From Bacteroidales bacterium (GTDB lineage: Bacteria; Bacteroidota; Bacteroidia; Bacteroidales; WCHB1-69), in NCBI GenBank assembly GCA_017651425.1, contig JAGCCZ010000054.1, positions 11,198-75,197 of the forward strand: a stretch of 64,000 nucleotides of DNA, given 5' to 3'. Position numbers and translations under genes: made by a program. This document shows, in pieces, positions 10,459 to 19,248 of the stretch; position 1 is the first letter of the stretch; every line of letters starts with the position of its first letter. Under the pieces are notes generated by a model. It worked only from the letters and a program-made list of their open reading frames with translations. It had not been told where the DNA came from and did no database searches.

Positions 10459-10479
10459 AGAATTGAACTCATTTAAAGA
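10444..10479 (+). repeat. perfect 18-bp tandem duplication (attgaactcatttaaaga x2) spanning the dnaE stop codon
   Basis: Read directly: 10444-10461 and 10462-10479 are identical. The dnaE TAA lies at 10456-10458, inside unit 1. Confidence 0.95.
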
Positions 10480-10491
10480 ACAGACAAGAAC

Positions 10492-11850
10492 ATGAAAACT
10501 TTTCGAACATTAATATGCACGTTTGTACTGTGGATCCCCATGATGTTGTTCTCGCAGAACAATGTCAAGGTTTTCTATTACAAAATCGATGACAATATTG
10601 CGAAGCCAGCCCAGCGGAACACGGAAAAGGCAGTCGAGGCGGCAAAGGAGGCCAACGCGGACTGTCTGTTTTTAGAACTCAACACTTTCGGCGGCGAGTT
10701 GGAGGCTGCGGACAAAATCAGGACCGCGCTGCTGAACGCCCCGATGCGGACGTTGGTGTTTGTCAACAACAACGCGGCCTCGGCGGGTGCATTGATTTCC
10801 ATCGCGTGCGACAGCATTTACATGGCGCCGGGCGCCTCTTTGGGCGCGGCCTCCGTGGTGAACCAGAACGGTGAAATCATGCCCGACAAGTACCAGTCGT
10901 ACATGCGCTCCCTGATGCGCTCCACGGCTGAGACAAACGGTCGCGACCCCGACATAGCGCAGGCCATGGTCGATCCGGACGTGGAGGTCAAAGGAGTCAG
11001 TGAAAAAGGCAAAGTGCTCACGTTCACGCCGGAGGAGGCTGTCCGGAACGGCTACTGCGAGGGCGAGGTCGAGAGCCGCGAAGAGGCCCTGCGCGCTGCC
11101 GGCATCGAACATTACGAGTTGGTGGAGCAGGAACTCTCCTGGATTGACAAAGTGATCAATTTCCTGATCAACCCCGCTGTCAGCGGCCTGCTCATCATGT
11201 TCATCGTGGGCGGGCTCTACTTCGAGCTCCAGTCGCCCGGCATCGGATTCCCGTTGGCTCTCGCCATCCTGGCCGCACTGCTCTTTTTCGCGCCCCATTA
11301 CTTGGAGGGACTGGCTGCCCACTGGGAGATCCTGATCTTCATTATCGGCGTAATCCTGATTATGTTGGAAATATTCGTCATTCCCGGTTTCGGGGTGGCG
11401 GGCATCTCCGGCATCGTTTTGGTGTTGACAGCCTTCATCCTCACCATGGTCTTCAATATCGGCTTCAAGTTCAATTTCAACCCCAATTTGGACGCGGTCA
11501 CCCAAGTGGGCAAAAGCACGGCCATCGTGGTCATCGCGACCACCGCCGGCTTCTTCCTCGCTATCTGGTTAGGCAAGAAGCTCATCACTGCGCAGACACC
11601 ATTTGGCACCATGGCCCTCAACACCCGTATGGATGCCGACAAGGGCTTCGTGGCACAAGATATGACGATGCAAAACTATGTGGGCAAAACAGGTGTGGCC
11701 GCCACATTCATGCGCCCCGCCGGCAAGGTCAACATCGCCGGCGAGATCATCGAGGCCACCTCGGAGCACGGCCTTATTGAAAAAGGAGATCCCATTGTTG
11801 TGGAGAAATTCGAGAACTCCCAACTTTTTGTCAAGAAAATAAAGCATTGA
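10492..11850 (+). CDS. NfeD-family membrane-bound ClpP-class serine protease
   Basis: 452 aa. Signal peptide, ClpP-like region (LELNTFGGELEAADKI...NNNAASAGALISIACD), four or five TM helices and a C-terminal NfeD beta-barrel-like tail. Confidence 0.8.
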   Translation: MKTFRTLICTFVLWIPMMLFSQNNVKVFYYKIDDNIAKPAQRNTEKAVEAAKEANADCLFLELNTFGGELEAADKIRTALLNAPMRTLVFVNNNAASAGALISIACDSIYMAPGASLGAASVVNQNGEIMPDKYQSYMRSLMRSTAETNGRDPDIAQAMVDPDVEVKGVSEKGKVLTFTPEEAVRNGYCEGEVESREEALRAAGIEHYELVEQELSWIDKVINFLINPAVSGLLIMFIVGGLYFELQSPGIGFPLALAILAALLFFAPHYLEGLAAHWEILIFIIGVILIMLEIFVIPGFGVAGISGIVLVLTAFILTMVFNIGFKFNFNPNLDAVTQVGKSTAIVVIATTAGFFLAIWLGKKLITAQTPFGTMALNTRMDADKGFVAQDMTMQNYVGKTGVAATFMRPAGKVNIAGEIIEATSEHGLIEKGDPIVVEKFENSQLFVKKIKH

Positions 11851-11873
11851 CCTGATATTACAAATACTTTACA

Positions 11874-12242
11874 ATGAGAGGATTATATTGCGTTTTATTG
11901 CTTTTGTGTTCCAACGTGTTCATGACATTTGCATGGTATGGGAACCTTAAATTGCAGAGTTACCCGTGGTTTTCCAAGTTGTCGTTGCCCCTCATTATAC
12001 TTTTGAGCTGGCTGGTGGCAGGCGTTGAATACAGTTTCATGATTCCCGCCAACCGGATGGGATTCGTCGAGAATGGCGGTCCCTTCAGTCTGTGGCAGCT
12101 GAAAGTCATCCAGGAAGCCGTCACCTTGACGATCTTCACCATCTTCACATTAGTGTTGTTCAAGTCGGAGCCCATGCGTCTGAATCACTTGATCGGCTTC
12201 ATTTTCCTCATTTTGGCCGTCTATTTCATCTTCAAAAAATAA
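11874..12242 (+). CDS. small DMT-superfamily membrane protein (DUF486-like)
   Basis: 122 aa with four hydrophobic helices. The N-terminus FMTFAWYGNLK is typical of this family as I recall it. Confidence 0.6.
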   Translation: MRGLYCVLLLLCSNVFMTFAWYGNLKLQSYPWFSKLSLPLIILLSWLVAGVEYSFMIPANRMGFVENGGPFSLWQLKVIQEAVTLTIFTIFTLVLFKSEPMRLNHLIGFIFLILAVYFIFKK

Positions 12243-12247
12243 CATCC

Positions 12248-12748
12248 ATGCATACACGGCAAGCAAGAATAGAGGACATTCCCGACATTCTGACCATCAT
12301 CGGCCACGCCAAGGAGCGCATCCGCCTGCTGGGCATCAGCCAGTGGCAGGACGGCTACCCCAATGAGGAGGCCATCCGTGCGGACATCGCGCACAAAGAG
12401 GGAATCGTTGTCGTGGAGGGCGACGCCATCATAGCGTATGCCGCCGTCATCTTCCGCGAAGAGCCCACCTACGCGCACATAGACGGGCGTTGGCTGTCGG
12501 ACAGTCCCTACGTGGTGGTGCATCGCATTGCGGTGCGCGACGGCCACACACGGCGCGGCGTGGCCAAGTATGTCATGAGGGACGTTGAACGGCGGGCTGT
12601 GCGGCGGCATGTGGCATATTTCCGTATCGACACCCACCATGGCAACCACTACATGCGCAACCTGATACGGGGCTGCGGATTCACTCTTTGCGGCATTGTG
12701 CAAGTGCGCGATGGCAAACGAATGGCTTACGAGAAATACATCGGTTGA
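12248..12748 (+). CDS. GNAT-family N-acetyltransferase
   Basis: ATG at 12248 inside ORF 12092..12748 gives MHTRQARIEDIPDILTII..., with an acetyl-CoA motif region HRIAVRDGHTRRGVAKYV. The 5' part of the track ORF overlaps the previous gene. Confidence 0.75.
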   Translation: MHTRQARIEDIPDILTIIGHAKERIRLLGISQWQDGYPNEEAIRADIAHKEGIVVVEGDAIIAYAAVIFREEPTYAHIDGRWLSDSPYVVVHRIAVRDGHTRRGVAKYVMRDVERRAVRRHVAYFRIDTHHGNHYMRNLIRGCGFTLCGIVQVRDGKRMAYEKYIG

Positions 12749-12774
12749 CGGCAACAGCCTTCGCATATTTTTTT

Positions 12775-12782
12775 TATCTTTG
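12775..12782 (+). promoter_or_regulatory. Bacteroidota -7 promoter box (TATCTTTG)
   Basis: Matches TAnnTTTG, 27 nt upstream of the crt ATG at 12809. Confidence 0.45.
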
Positions 12783-12808
12783 CAAGCTCTTTTTGAAACT
12801 GAAAACTT

Positions 12809-13585
12809 ATGGAATACAATTTTTTGAAAATCAGCACAAGCGATAATATCTGCACGCTGGCCATCTCGGCTCCGAAATCTCTTAATGCTCTCAACTCCAC
12901 CATTTTGAAGGAGCTGGGCGATTTTCTCGACCACATTGACCCCTCCATCCGTGTCCTCATCATCACAGGTGACGGCGAGAAGTCGTTTGTGGCAGGCGCC
13001 GACATCTCCGAGATGCAGAACCTGACGGAGCCCGAAGGCGTGGCCTTTGGCAAGTTGGGCGCACAGGTGTTCCGCAAGATCGAGACGCTGCCCATCCCCG
13101 TGATTGCCGCCGTGAACGGCTTCGCTCTCGGTGGCGGCTGCGAGTTGGCTTTATCCTGCGACATCCGCATCGCCTCCAACAGAGCCAAGTTCGGCCAACC
13201 CGAGGTGGGCTTGGGCATCATCCCGGGCTTCTCAGGCACCTACCGTCTGGCCAAGATCGTCGGCATGGGCGCCGCCAAGGAGCTGATATACACCGGCCGC
13301 GCCATCAAGGCTGACGAGGCTCTGCGCATCGGGCTGGTAAACTCCGTTTACGAGCCCGAGCAGCTCATGGACGAGGCGAGGACACTTGCCGCACGCATCG
13401 TCAAAAACGCCCCCATCGCCGTCCGCTACGCCAAGCAGTGCATCAATGAGGAGTACGACCTTGCCGCCGACCCGGCTATCGCCTACGAAAACGAAATGTT
13501 CGGCAAGTGCTTTGCCACCAAGGACCAAAAAGCCGGCATGACCGCCTTCCTGACCAAAACGGAGGCCCACTTCACCAACGAATAA
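12809..13585 (+). CDS. crt: short-chain enoyl-CoA hydratase (crotonase)
   Basis: 258 aa. Crotonase-fold motifs GADISEM, AAVNGFALGGGCELALSCD and GQPEVGLGIIPG. Sits directly upstream of hbd. Confidence 0.88.
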   Translation: MEYNFLKISTSDNICTLAISAPKSLNALNSTILKELGDFLDHIDPSIRVLIITGDGEKSFVAGADISEMQNLTEPEGVAFGKLGAQVFRKIETLPIPVIAAVNGFALGGGCELALSCDIRIASNRAKFGQPEVGLGIIPGFSGTYRLAKIVGMGAAKELIYTGRAIKADEALRIGLVNSVYEPEQLMDEARTLAARIVKNAPIAVRYAKQCINEEYDLAADPAIAYENEMFGKCFATKDQKAGMTAFLTKTEAHFTNE

Positions 13586-13618
13586 TCATTGTCTAACCCT
13601 TTTATAAACCCTATTGTT

Positions 13619-14455
13619 ATGAAAATTTGTGTTATAGGCACAGGAACCATGGCAAAGGGCATCGTCAAGGCTTTCGCCGCCAAGATGCCGGTAGTCATGA
13701 AAAGCAGAACCCAGGCCAGCTTGGACAAGGCCATGGGGTCTATCTCCAAATCCTACGGTAAACTCGTAGAAAAAGGCAAAATCACGCAAGAGGCCATGGA
13801 TGCCATCTTGAAGAACATCACCACCACGACCGACTATGCCACGTTCGCCGATGCCGACCTCGTCATCGAGGCCGCCGTGGAGGACATGCAGCTCAAAAAG
13901 GACGTGTTCATGGAACTCGACAAGATTTGCAAGCCGGAGACCATCTTCGCCACCAACTCCTCGTCGCTTTCCATCACGGAAATAGCAGCTTGCACGAGCC
14001 GTCCCGCACAGTTCATCGGCTGCCACTTCTTCAATCCCGCCGACCGCATGGCACTGGTGGAAGTCATCAAGGGCCAGCTGACCTCCGAAGAGGTGAGCCA
14101 GACCATCATCGACCTCACCACCCAAATCGGCAAGACACCGGTGCCCGTCAACGAGGCTCCCGGATTTGTCGTCAACCGCATCCTCATCCCGATGATCAAC
14201 GAAGCTGTCGGCATTTTGGCCGACGGTATCGCATCCGCCGAGGACATCGACAAGTGCATGATGCTGGGCGCTAACCATCCCATGGGCCCGCTCGCCTTGG
14301 CCGACCTTATCGGCAACGATGTGAATCTGGCCATCATGGAGGTGCTCTACAAGGAATTCGGCGACCCGAAGTACCGTCCGCATCCGCTGCTCCGCAAAAT
14401 GGTGCGCGCCGGACTGCTTGGCCGCAAGACTGGCGAAGGATTCTATAAATACTAA
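13619..14455 (+). CDS. hbd: 3-hydroxybutyryl-CoA dehydrogenase
   Basis: ATG at 13619 gives [15 protein letters not shown] (Rossmann GxGxxG). Also [13 protein letters not shown] and [16 protein letters not shown]. The track start at 13589 is TTG. Confidence 0.9.
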   Translation: MKICVIGTGTMAKGIVKAFAAKMPVVMKSRTQASLDKAMGSISKSYGKLVEKGKITQEAMDAILKNITTTTDYATFADADLVIEAAVEDMQLKKDVFMELDKICKPETIFATNSSSLSITEIAACTSRPAQFIGCHFFNPADRMALVEVIKGQLTSEEVSQTIIDLTTQIGKTPVPVNEAPGFVVNRILIPMINEAVGILADGIASAEDIDKCMMLGANHPMGPLALADLIGNDVNLAIMEVLYKEFGDPKYRPHPLLRKMVRAGLLGRKTGEGFYKY

Positions 14456-14496
14456 TGTGCATACGCCGCAAAATGGCGTATCAGCAAAATACAACC

Positions 14497-14528
14497 AAAA
14501 CGGGATGGCAATCTTGTCATCCCGTTTT
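14497..14528. terminator. 11-bp perfect stem-loop between convergent hbd and HTH gene (bidirectional terminator candidate)
   Basis: aaaacgggatg (14497-14507) pairs with catcccgtttt (14518-14528). A-runs and T-runs flank it on both sides. Confidence 0.6.
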
Positions 14529-14533
14529 CATTT

Positions 14534-15121
14534 TTAGCGTGAAGGAGTATAAATCTCAAAACTCTTGTCTTCGTAGAAGAAGACGATTTGAACAATTTTC
14601 TTATCGCCCCGAGAATTGAAATTTCGGTCACGTTTCGATTCCCGGACCGAAATATTGGCTTCTGAAGTCCTGGCCTTGGCACGCGTTTGCGATTTTTGTA
14701 CCACTTCCGGTTCCACAACAGAAGACAATGATGCATTAACCTCCTCTGAACCAACATCTTTCACCGAATCAGCATCCAAGGGAGAAGAAATTTCCTCATG
14801 TGCAGACTGCTCAGAAACCTCTGCAAACAGGTCAAACTGAGCCTGCTCAAGAGTATTCGGTGAAACTTCTGACGTCGCTTGGGCGGCAGGCTTCGATGGT
14901 TGTGGCTGGACACTCTGCAACATATTTCCCATCCCCATGATCAACCACTCGGTTGAAATTTCAGGAAAAGCCAAAAGTATCTTCTTGGCCACATCCAAGC
15001 TCGGCTGGTTACGTCCGGTAAAGATGTGTGTCAAACTGGATCGGCTGATGTCAATTTTATCTGCAAACGCAGAAGTTGACATTTGTGAATACTCTAAAAC
15101 TTGTTTAATTCGGTCAACCAT
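14534..15121 (-). CDS. XRE-type helix-turn-helix DNA-binding protein
   Basis: 195 aa. N-terminal HTH MSTSAFADKIDISRSSLTHIFTGRNQPSLDVAKKILLAF, a low-complexity middle and a conserved-looking C-terminal tail. Confidence 0.7.
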   Translation of the reverse strand: MVDRIKQVLEYSQMSTSAFADKIDISRSSLTHIFTGRNQPSLDVAKKILLAFPEISTEWLIMGMGNMLQSVQPQPSKPAAQATSEVSPNTLEQAQFDLFAEVSEQSAHEEISSPLDADSVKDVGSEEVNASLSSVVEPEVVQKSQTRAKARTSEANISVRESKRDRNFNSRGDKKIVQIVFFYEDKSFEIYTPSR

Positions 15122-15152
15122 ATCAAAAGTAGTGTCTATTACAATTGTACAA

Positions 15153-15160
15153 CAAATTTA
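15153..15160 (-). promoter_or_regulatory. Bacteroidota -7 promoter box (TAAATTTG on minus strand)
   Basis: caaattta on the plus strand, 32 nt upstream of the HTH gene ATG at 15121. The region is AT-rich, so a chance match is possible. Confidence 0.3.
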
Positions 15161-15510
15161 ATTTCGATGAATTTACATACGGATTATCCGATATTTTGTT
15201 ACAAAGTTAAAACAATCAGAACCCTAAAATCGCCTTATTGAAAAATGTTGATAAAATTCAATATCTTTACATTAGAAAAACAATATAATAAACTAAAATA
15301 CAAGTATTTGATTTTATTATCAAACAAGTTTTAACAACTGTTAGTAAAAATAAATATTTATCACATCTAATACATTAAGCATCAATCATATTTATATTGG
15401 AAATCAAGTATATAAATAAATGTACAAAATGATTCAACGGAGTGGTTTGAAATCAGACGTAAAAATTGCGAAAATAAGAATCGATTCGTGAATCTACCTT
15501 GATTATCCTA

Positions 15511-15614
15511 TGTGTTGTCTTTACATTTGTTTGGTGCCTCTTTTTGCAAAAGTATTTATTTTGCCAACGTTGTTATATTTGTAACAATACGCATGGTGTG
15601 TTCTTTACATTTGT
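15511..15614 (+). repeat. direct repeat of a promoter-like module (tgtgtt[gt]ctttacatttgt) in the AT-rich intergenic region
   Basis: Copy 1 is 15511-15530 and copy 2 is 15597-15614, identical except for a 2-nt indel. Each holds TACATTTG. A palindrome ttgttatatttgtaacaa (15570-15587) lies between them. Confidence 0.8.
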
Positions 15615-15791
15615 ATAAATATTGGTATGGGTGTTGACATATGGAATCCACATTGTTATTCTCTTTGGGTCAACTATTATTTATTGTCTTACTATAACTC
15701 CAGCTTTTTATCTTTTTTGGAGAATCGATTTTTTCAATTGGAGATACGATTCTCTTTCCAAAATCCAATTCTCAGCGACATATATTTTTTG

Positions 15792-15799
15792 TATTTTTG
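15792..15799 (+). promoter_or_regulatory. Bacteroidota -7 promoter box (TATTTTTG)
   Basis: Matches TAnnTTTG, 20 nt upstream of the TTG at 15819. Confidence 0.45.
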
Positions 15800-15818
15800 C
15801 ATCCCAAATTAATTCGTC

Positions 15819-17420
15819 TTGACGCTAACGACCACTAACACCCTACTCTTTTCCCTTTCCCTTCTGTTCATATTTGCCTCAGCTTGTTGCAGAGAACGTT
15901 GGGAAAGATGGTCTTTATTATTTTTGACCGTAGGGGGATTCTTTCTTTACTTCATGGCCGCCCAACTCTTCCCCTACTTGAACCTTTGGGATGAACAGTA
16001 TCATGCGCTGGTTGCCAAAAATTGCATGGAGCACCCCTTCTTGCCGATGATGTACAATGAACCTGTTGTACCTGGCCACGACTACAGCAATTGGTGCGGC
16101 AGTTACATCTGGTTGCACAAGCAGCCCCTGTTCCTTTGGCAGATTGCACTTTCGTTTAAAATCTTTGGTGTTTCATTGCTGTCCTTGCGGCTTCCATCTG
16201 TCGTGATGAGCACGTTGCTCATTCCCCTATTCTACCGTATGGCGCATCTGCTCACAAACCGTCGCGACATCGCCTATTTCACGGGGTTGGCAGTGGCGGC
16301 ATCCTGGTATTTGGTGCAGCTGACTTCCGGCATGATGAGCACTGACCACAATGACGTGTGCTTCCTGTTTTACGTTTCTGCATCTGTTTGGGCTTTTATG
16401 GAATATGTGCATCGGGGGCGCAAGCAGTTGGGGTGGGCCTTGCTGGCGGGCGGCCTCGCCGGTTGTGCCGTCCTCACGAAGTGGCTGGTGGGATTGCTCC
16501 TTTATTTGGTGTGGGGCTGCTATCTGCTGTTCGAGTACGGCTTCCGCCTGCGCCAGTGGAAATGGGGACATCTGTTCGCCGCCCTGTGCGTTACCCTGCT
16601 GATTGCCGTACCATGGCAAGTATATTGCCTCCATCGATTCCCAGACCTTGCACGGCAAGAACTCTTCTACAATTTCCAGCATCTCGGCAAGGCAGTCGAA
16701 GACCATACCGGTAAAGCCACCTTTTACCTTATGGTGCTGCCCATGCAGTACTTCGGGCGCGGCCCCGTCATCTATAACATCCGTTTCCTCTGGGATTTCC
16801 ACACCATTTTATGCTATGTGGTGCTGGCAATCGGGCTGGTGATATCCATACGCGCGGCCCGCACCCGCAGTCACTGGCTGACACTGGTTTCCGTCCTGCT
16901 GTTCGTGTTTCTGTTTTTCAGCCTGGCGACCACCAAGATGCCGTCGTTCACTTTTGTGCTCTGTTTCATCGGATTCATGGCCATCGGGTGCGTACTCTCC
17001 GCCTTGGATCGCTCTCTCCTGCAAAAGATGCGTCACAAGACCTTTCGTACACTACTGACCGCCGTGCTCTGCGTCGCCTTTTGTCTATATAGCACCAATT
17101 ACCGCAATTTTTACAAGGAGTCCTTTCCTATATATTTCCAACTCCTCAAAGATAATGTGGAATATTACAAACGTTGGGAGAAGGAATTGCCCGAGAATTG
17201 CATGGTGTTCTGTGTCAAAAGTCCCTCCTTGTCAAAAGAAGACTACACCAGCTGCATTTCAGCCATGTTCTATAGCAATCGACAGTGTTACACTGAGTTG
17301 CCGCCCATGTCAGTGTTTCACGAGCTGCAAGAGGCTGGCAAAACGATTGCCGTGGTCAAAAATCCATGGTCCGTTGACGCAGACTTAGACAGCACAGTTG
17401 TCTGGGTGGATATGAAGTGA
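15819..17420 (+). CDS. ArnT/PMT-like (GT39/GT83-type) membrane glycosyltransferase
   Basis: 533 aa, polytopic. N-terminal loop motif LWDEQYHALVAKN...HKQPLFLWQIA is typical of the dolichyl/undecaprenyl-phosphate-sugar transferase family. The start is uncertain: TTG at 15819, and the first in-frame ATG (15954) would delete TM1. Confidence 0.7.
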   Translation: MTLTTTNTLLFSLSLLFIFASACCRERWERWSLLFLTVGGFFLYFMAAQLFPYLNLWDEQYHALVAKNCMEHPFLPMMYNEPVVPGHDYSNWCGSYIWLHKQPLFLWQIALSFKIFGVSLLSLRLPSVVMSTLLIPLFYRMAHLLTNRRDIAYFTGLAVAASWYLVQLTSGMMSTDHNDVCFLFYVSASVWAFMEYVHRGRKQLGWALLAGGLAGCAVLTKWLVGLLLYLVWGCYLLFEYGFRLRQWKWGHLFAALCVTLLIAVPWQVYCLHRFPDLARQELFYNFQHLGKAVEDHTGKATFYLMVLPMQYFGRGPVIYNIRFLWDFHTILCYVVLAIGLVISIRAARTRSHWLTLVSVLLFVFLFFSLATTKMPSFTFVLCFIGFMAIGCVLSALDRSLLQKMRHKTFRTLLTAVLCVAFCLYSTNYRNFYKESFPIYFQLLKDNVEYYKRWEKELPENCMVFCVKSPSLSKEDYTSCISAMFYSNRQCYTELPPMSVFHELQEAGKTIAVVKNPWSVDADLDSTVVWVDMK

Positions 17421-17502
17421 CTCTTTCCTGGCTTTCCCGAAGCCCTCACTGAGATTTGTTTCCATTTGATTTTCAGCGAAATGTATCGTTGCGTTTTTTT
17501 TG

Positions 17503-17510
17503 TATTTTTG
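17503..17510 (+). promoter_or_regulatory. Bacteroidota -7 promoter box (TATTTTTG)
   Basis: Matches TAnnTTTG, 41 nt upstream of the ATG at 17551. Confidence 0.45.
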
Positions 17511-17550
17511 CCCTTCTTAAAAACAAGGCTATATATAAACGTAGTATTTC

Positions 17551-19215
17551 ATGTTTGCGAATAAAATCCCGCTTGTTTTGTCGGTAGTCATCGGACTTTT
17601 GTTGTTTGCCACCAGTTGTGGCCACGACAACATCATATTCGTGGATCCCGTCAGTGAGACAGACACCACTGTGTTCGAAAGTTACATTGACGACACACAG
17701 TTCACCCGTACCGTATCTGTGATATTCTCCACGAGTGGCAGTGCTACCGTTGAGAATACCACCGCCGATTTCACCGTGACCATCAATGGCAATGACGTCA
17801 CCATTGCTTACTCGGGCGATGAGAAAGTGAAATATGCCTTGTCCGGCACCACTACCGATGGTTTCTTCAAGATTTACAGTGCCCAAATGCAGGCAGTGGA
17901 GCTCAACTCCGTGAGCATCACCAACCGCAACGGCGCCGCCATTAACTTGCAGGGGCCGCTCTCCTCACCGACGGATGGCGAAGTCACCTATATTGTCGTC
18001 AAAGGCAGCAATATGCTGGCAGACGGCACCCTGTACACAGACACCCCGACGAGTGAGGACGAGAAGGCATCCCTCTTTGCCGAGGGGCAGCTCATCCTTT
18101 GCGGCGGCGGCGCCTTGACCGTGACCGCCACGGGCAAGGCGGGCATCACCTCAGACGCCTCCGTTCTTGTGATGTCGAATCCGACCCTGCATGTCAGCTC
18201 GTCCGCCGGGCACGGTATGCGCGGCAAAGACTATCTTTTCATCTCAAACGGCACCCTCGACGTGTCGGTGTCGGCGGCCATGAAAAACGGTCTCAGCTCA
18301 GACAATTATGTGCGTATCGACGGGGGCTCCACGACAGTCACGGTTACCGGCAGTGCGGCATACGACAGTGAGACAATGGATTACTCCGGCACCTCGGGCG
18401 TGAAAGCCGACGTCTCCTTCACCATGAATGGCGGCAAACTGGCCATCACCAATTCCGGCGCCGGCGGCAAGGGCATCAACTGTGATGGCAAGGGTTACTT
18501 TTATGGTGGTGAAGTCAGCATCACGGCCACGGGTTCCGACTACACGACCGGCGACATTTCCGCCAAAGGCATCAAAGTGGATGGAGACATTGCCTTTGCA
18601 GGCAGTTCGGTGACAGTCAACTGCGCATCAAGTGAGGGCATCGAGTCCAAGGGGGCCATCACCATCAGCGACGGCATCGTATATAGCTGTTCCTACGATG
18701 ACGCCATCAATTCGTCTGGCGACTTCACGATCACAGGCGGCTACGTTTACGGGCGATCAACCAACAACGATGCGCTCGATGCCAATGGCAATTTCCACAT
18801 CCAAGGGGGCGTGATATATGCCATAAGTGCCCGCTCACCCGAAGTGGCCATTGATGCCAACTCCGAGGAGGGCAAGAAACTCTACCTGCAGGGCGGTACC
18901 GTCATCGCTATCGGCGGTCTTGAAAGAGGGGCCTCCTTGACACAAAGTTGCTATTCGTCTTCCAGCTGGTCGCCAAACACCATGTATGCCATGACTGTCG
19001 GATCAAACACTTACGCTTTCAAGACACCTGCCAGCGGTGGCACGCCGCTTGTCGTCTCCGACGCCTCCACCCCGACCTTGTTATCGGGTGTGAGCGTGTC
19101 AGGGGGCGTCTCCTATTTTGATGGCATGTTGATACAGGAAGGCTCCGTGAGCGGCGGATCATCTGTTTCCCTCTCGTCCTATACGGGCGGCGGCCAAGGC
19201 CCCGGCGGACACTGA
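17551..19215 (+). CDS. lipoprotein with parallel beta-helix repeats (Cthe_2159-like carbohydrate-binding family)
   Basis: 554 aa. Lipobox LLFATSCGHD. Repeated coils of roughly 25-35 aa (..GKAGITSD..V.., ..GHGMRGKD.., ..GGKGINCDG.., ..AKGIKVDG.., ..SEGIESKG.., ..DAINSSG.., ..DALDANG..). The family assignment is from memory. Confidence 0.6.
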   Translation: MFANKIPLVLSVVIGLLLFATSCGHDNIIFVDPVSETDTTVFESYIDDTQFTRTVSVIFSTSGSATVENTTADFTVTINGNDVTIAYSGDEKVKYALSGTTTDGFFKIYSAQMQAVELNSVSITNRNGAAINLQGPLSSPTDGEVTYIVVKGSNMLADGTLYTDTPTSEDEKASLFAEGQLILCGGGALTVTATGKAGITSDASVLVMSNPTLHVSSSAGHGMRGKDYLFISNGTLDVSVSAAMKNGLSSDNYVRIDGGSTTVTVTGSAAYDSETMDYSGTSGVKADVSFTMNGGKLAITNSGAGGKGINCDGKGYFYGGEVSITATGSDYTTGDISAKGIKVDGDIAFAGSSVTVNCASSEGIESKGAITISDGIVYSCSYDDAINSSGDFTITGGYVYGRSTNNDALDANGNFHIQGGVIYAISARSPEVAIDANSEEGKKLYLQGGTVIAIGGLERGASLTQSCYSSSSWSPNTMYAMTVGSNTYAFKTPASGGTPLVVSDASTPTLLSGVSVSGGVSYFDGMLIQEGSVSGGSSVSLSSYTGGGQGPGGH

Positions 19216-19248
19216 CATAAACCTTACATCAATTCGAATTATAGCATC

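Noticed and set aside
10672-11505. 277-aa minus-strand ORF
   Set aside because: It is antisense to the NfeD protease gene and has shadow-ORF composition.
13586-14494. 302-aa minus-strand ORF
   Set aside because: It is antisense to hbd, whose Rossmann and catalytic motifs are clear.
15122-15818. Possible phase-variable invertible promoter (as for Bacteroides capsule or fimbrial loci)
   Set aside because: The two 18-20-bp repeats are direct, not inverted. No site-specific recombinase gene is nearby. I found no long inverted repeats flanking a promoter segment.
15622-15822. Two overlapping 61-66-aa ORFs in the AT-rich intergenic region
   Set aside because: The composition is extremely AT-rich with Phe/Ile/Tyr-rich products. 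A promoter box (15792) lies inside them and there are no motifs. They are probably chance ORFs, although a small hydrophobic peptide cannot be fully excluded.
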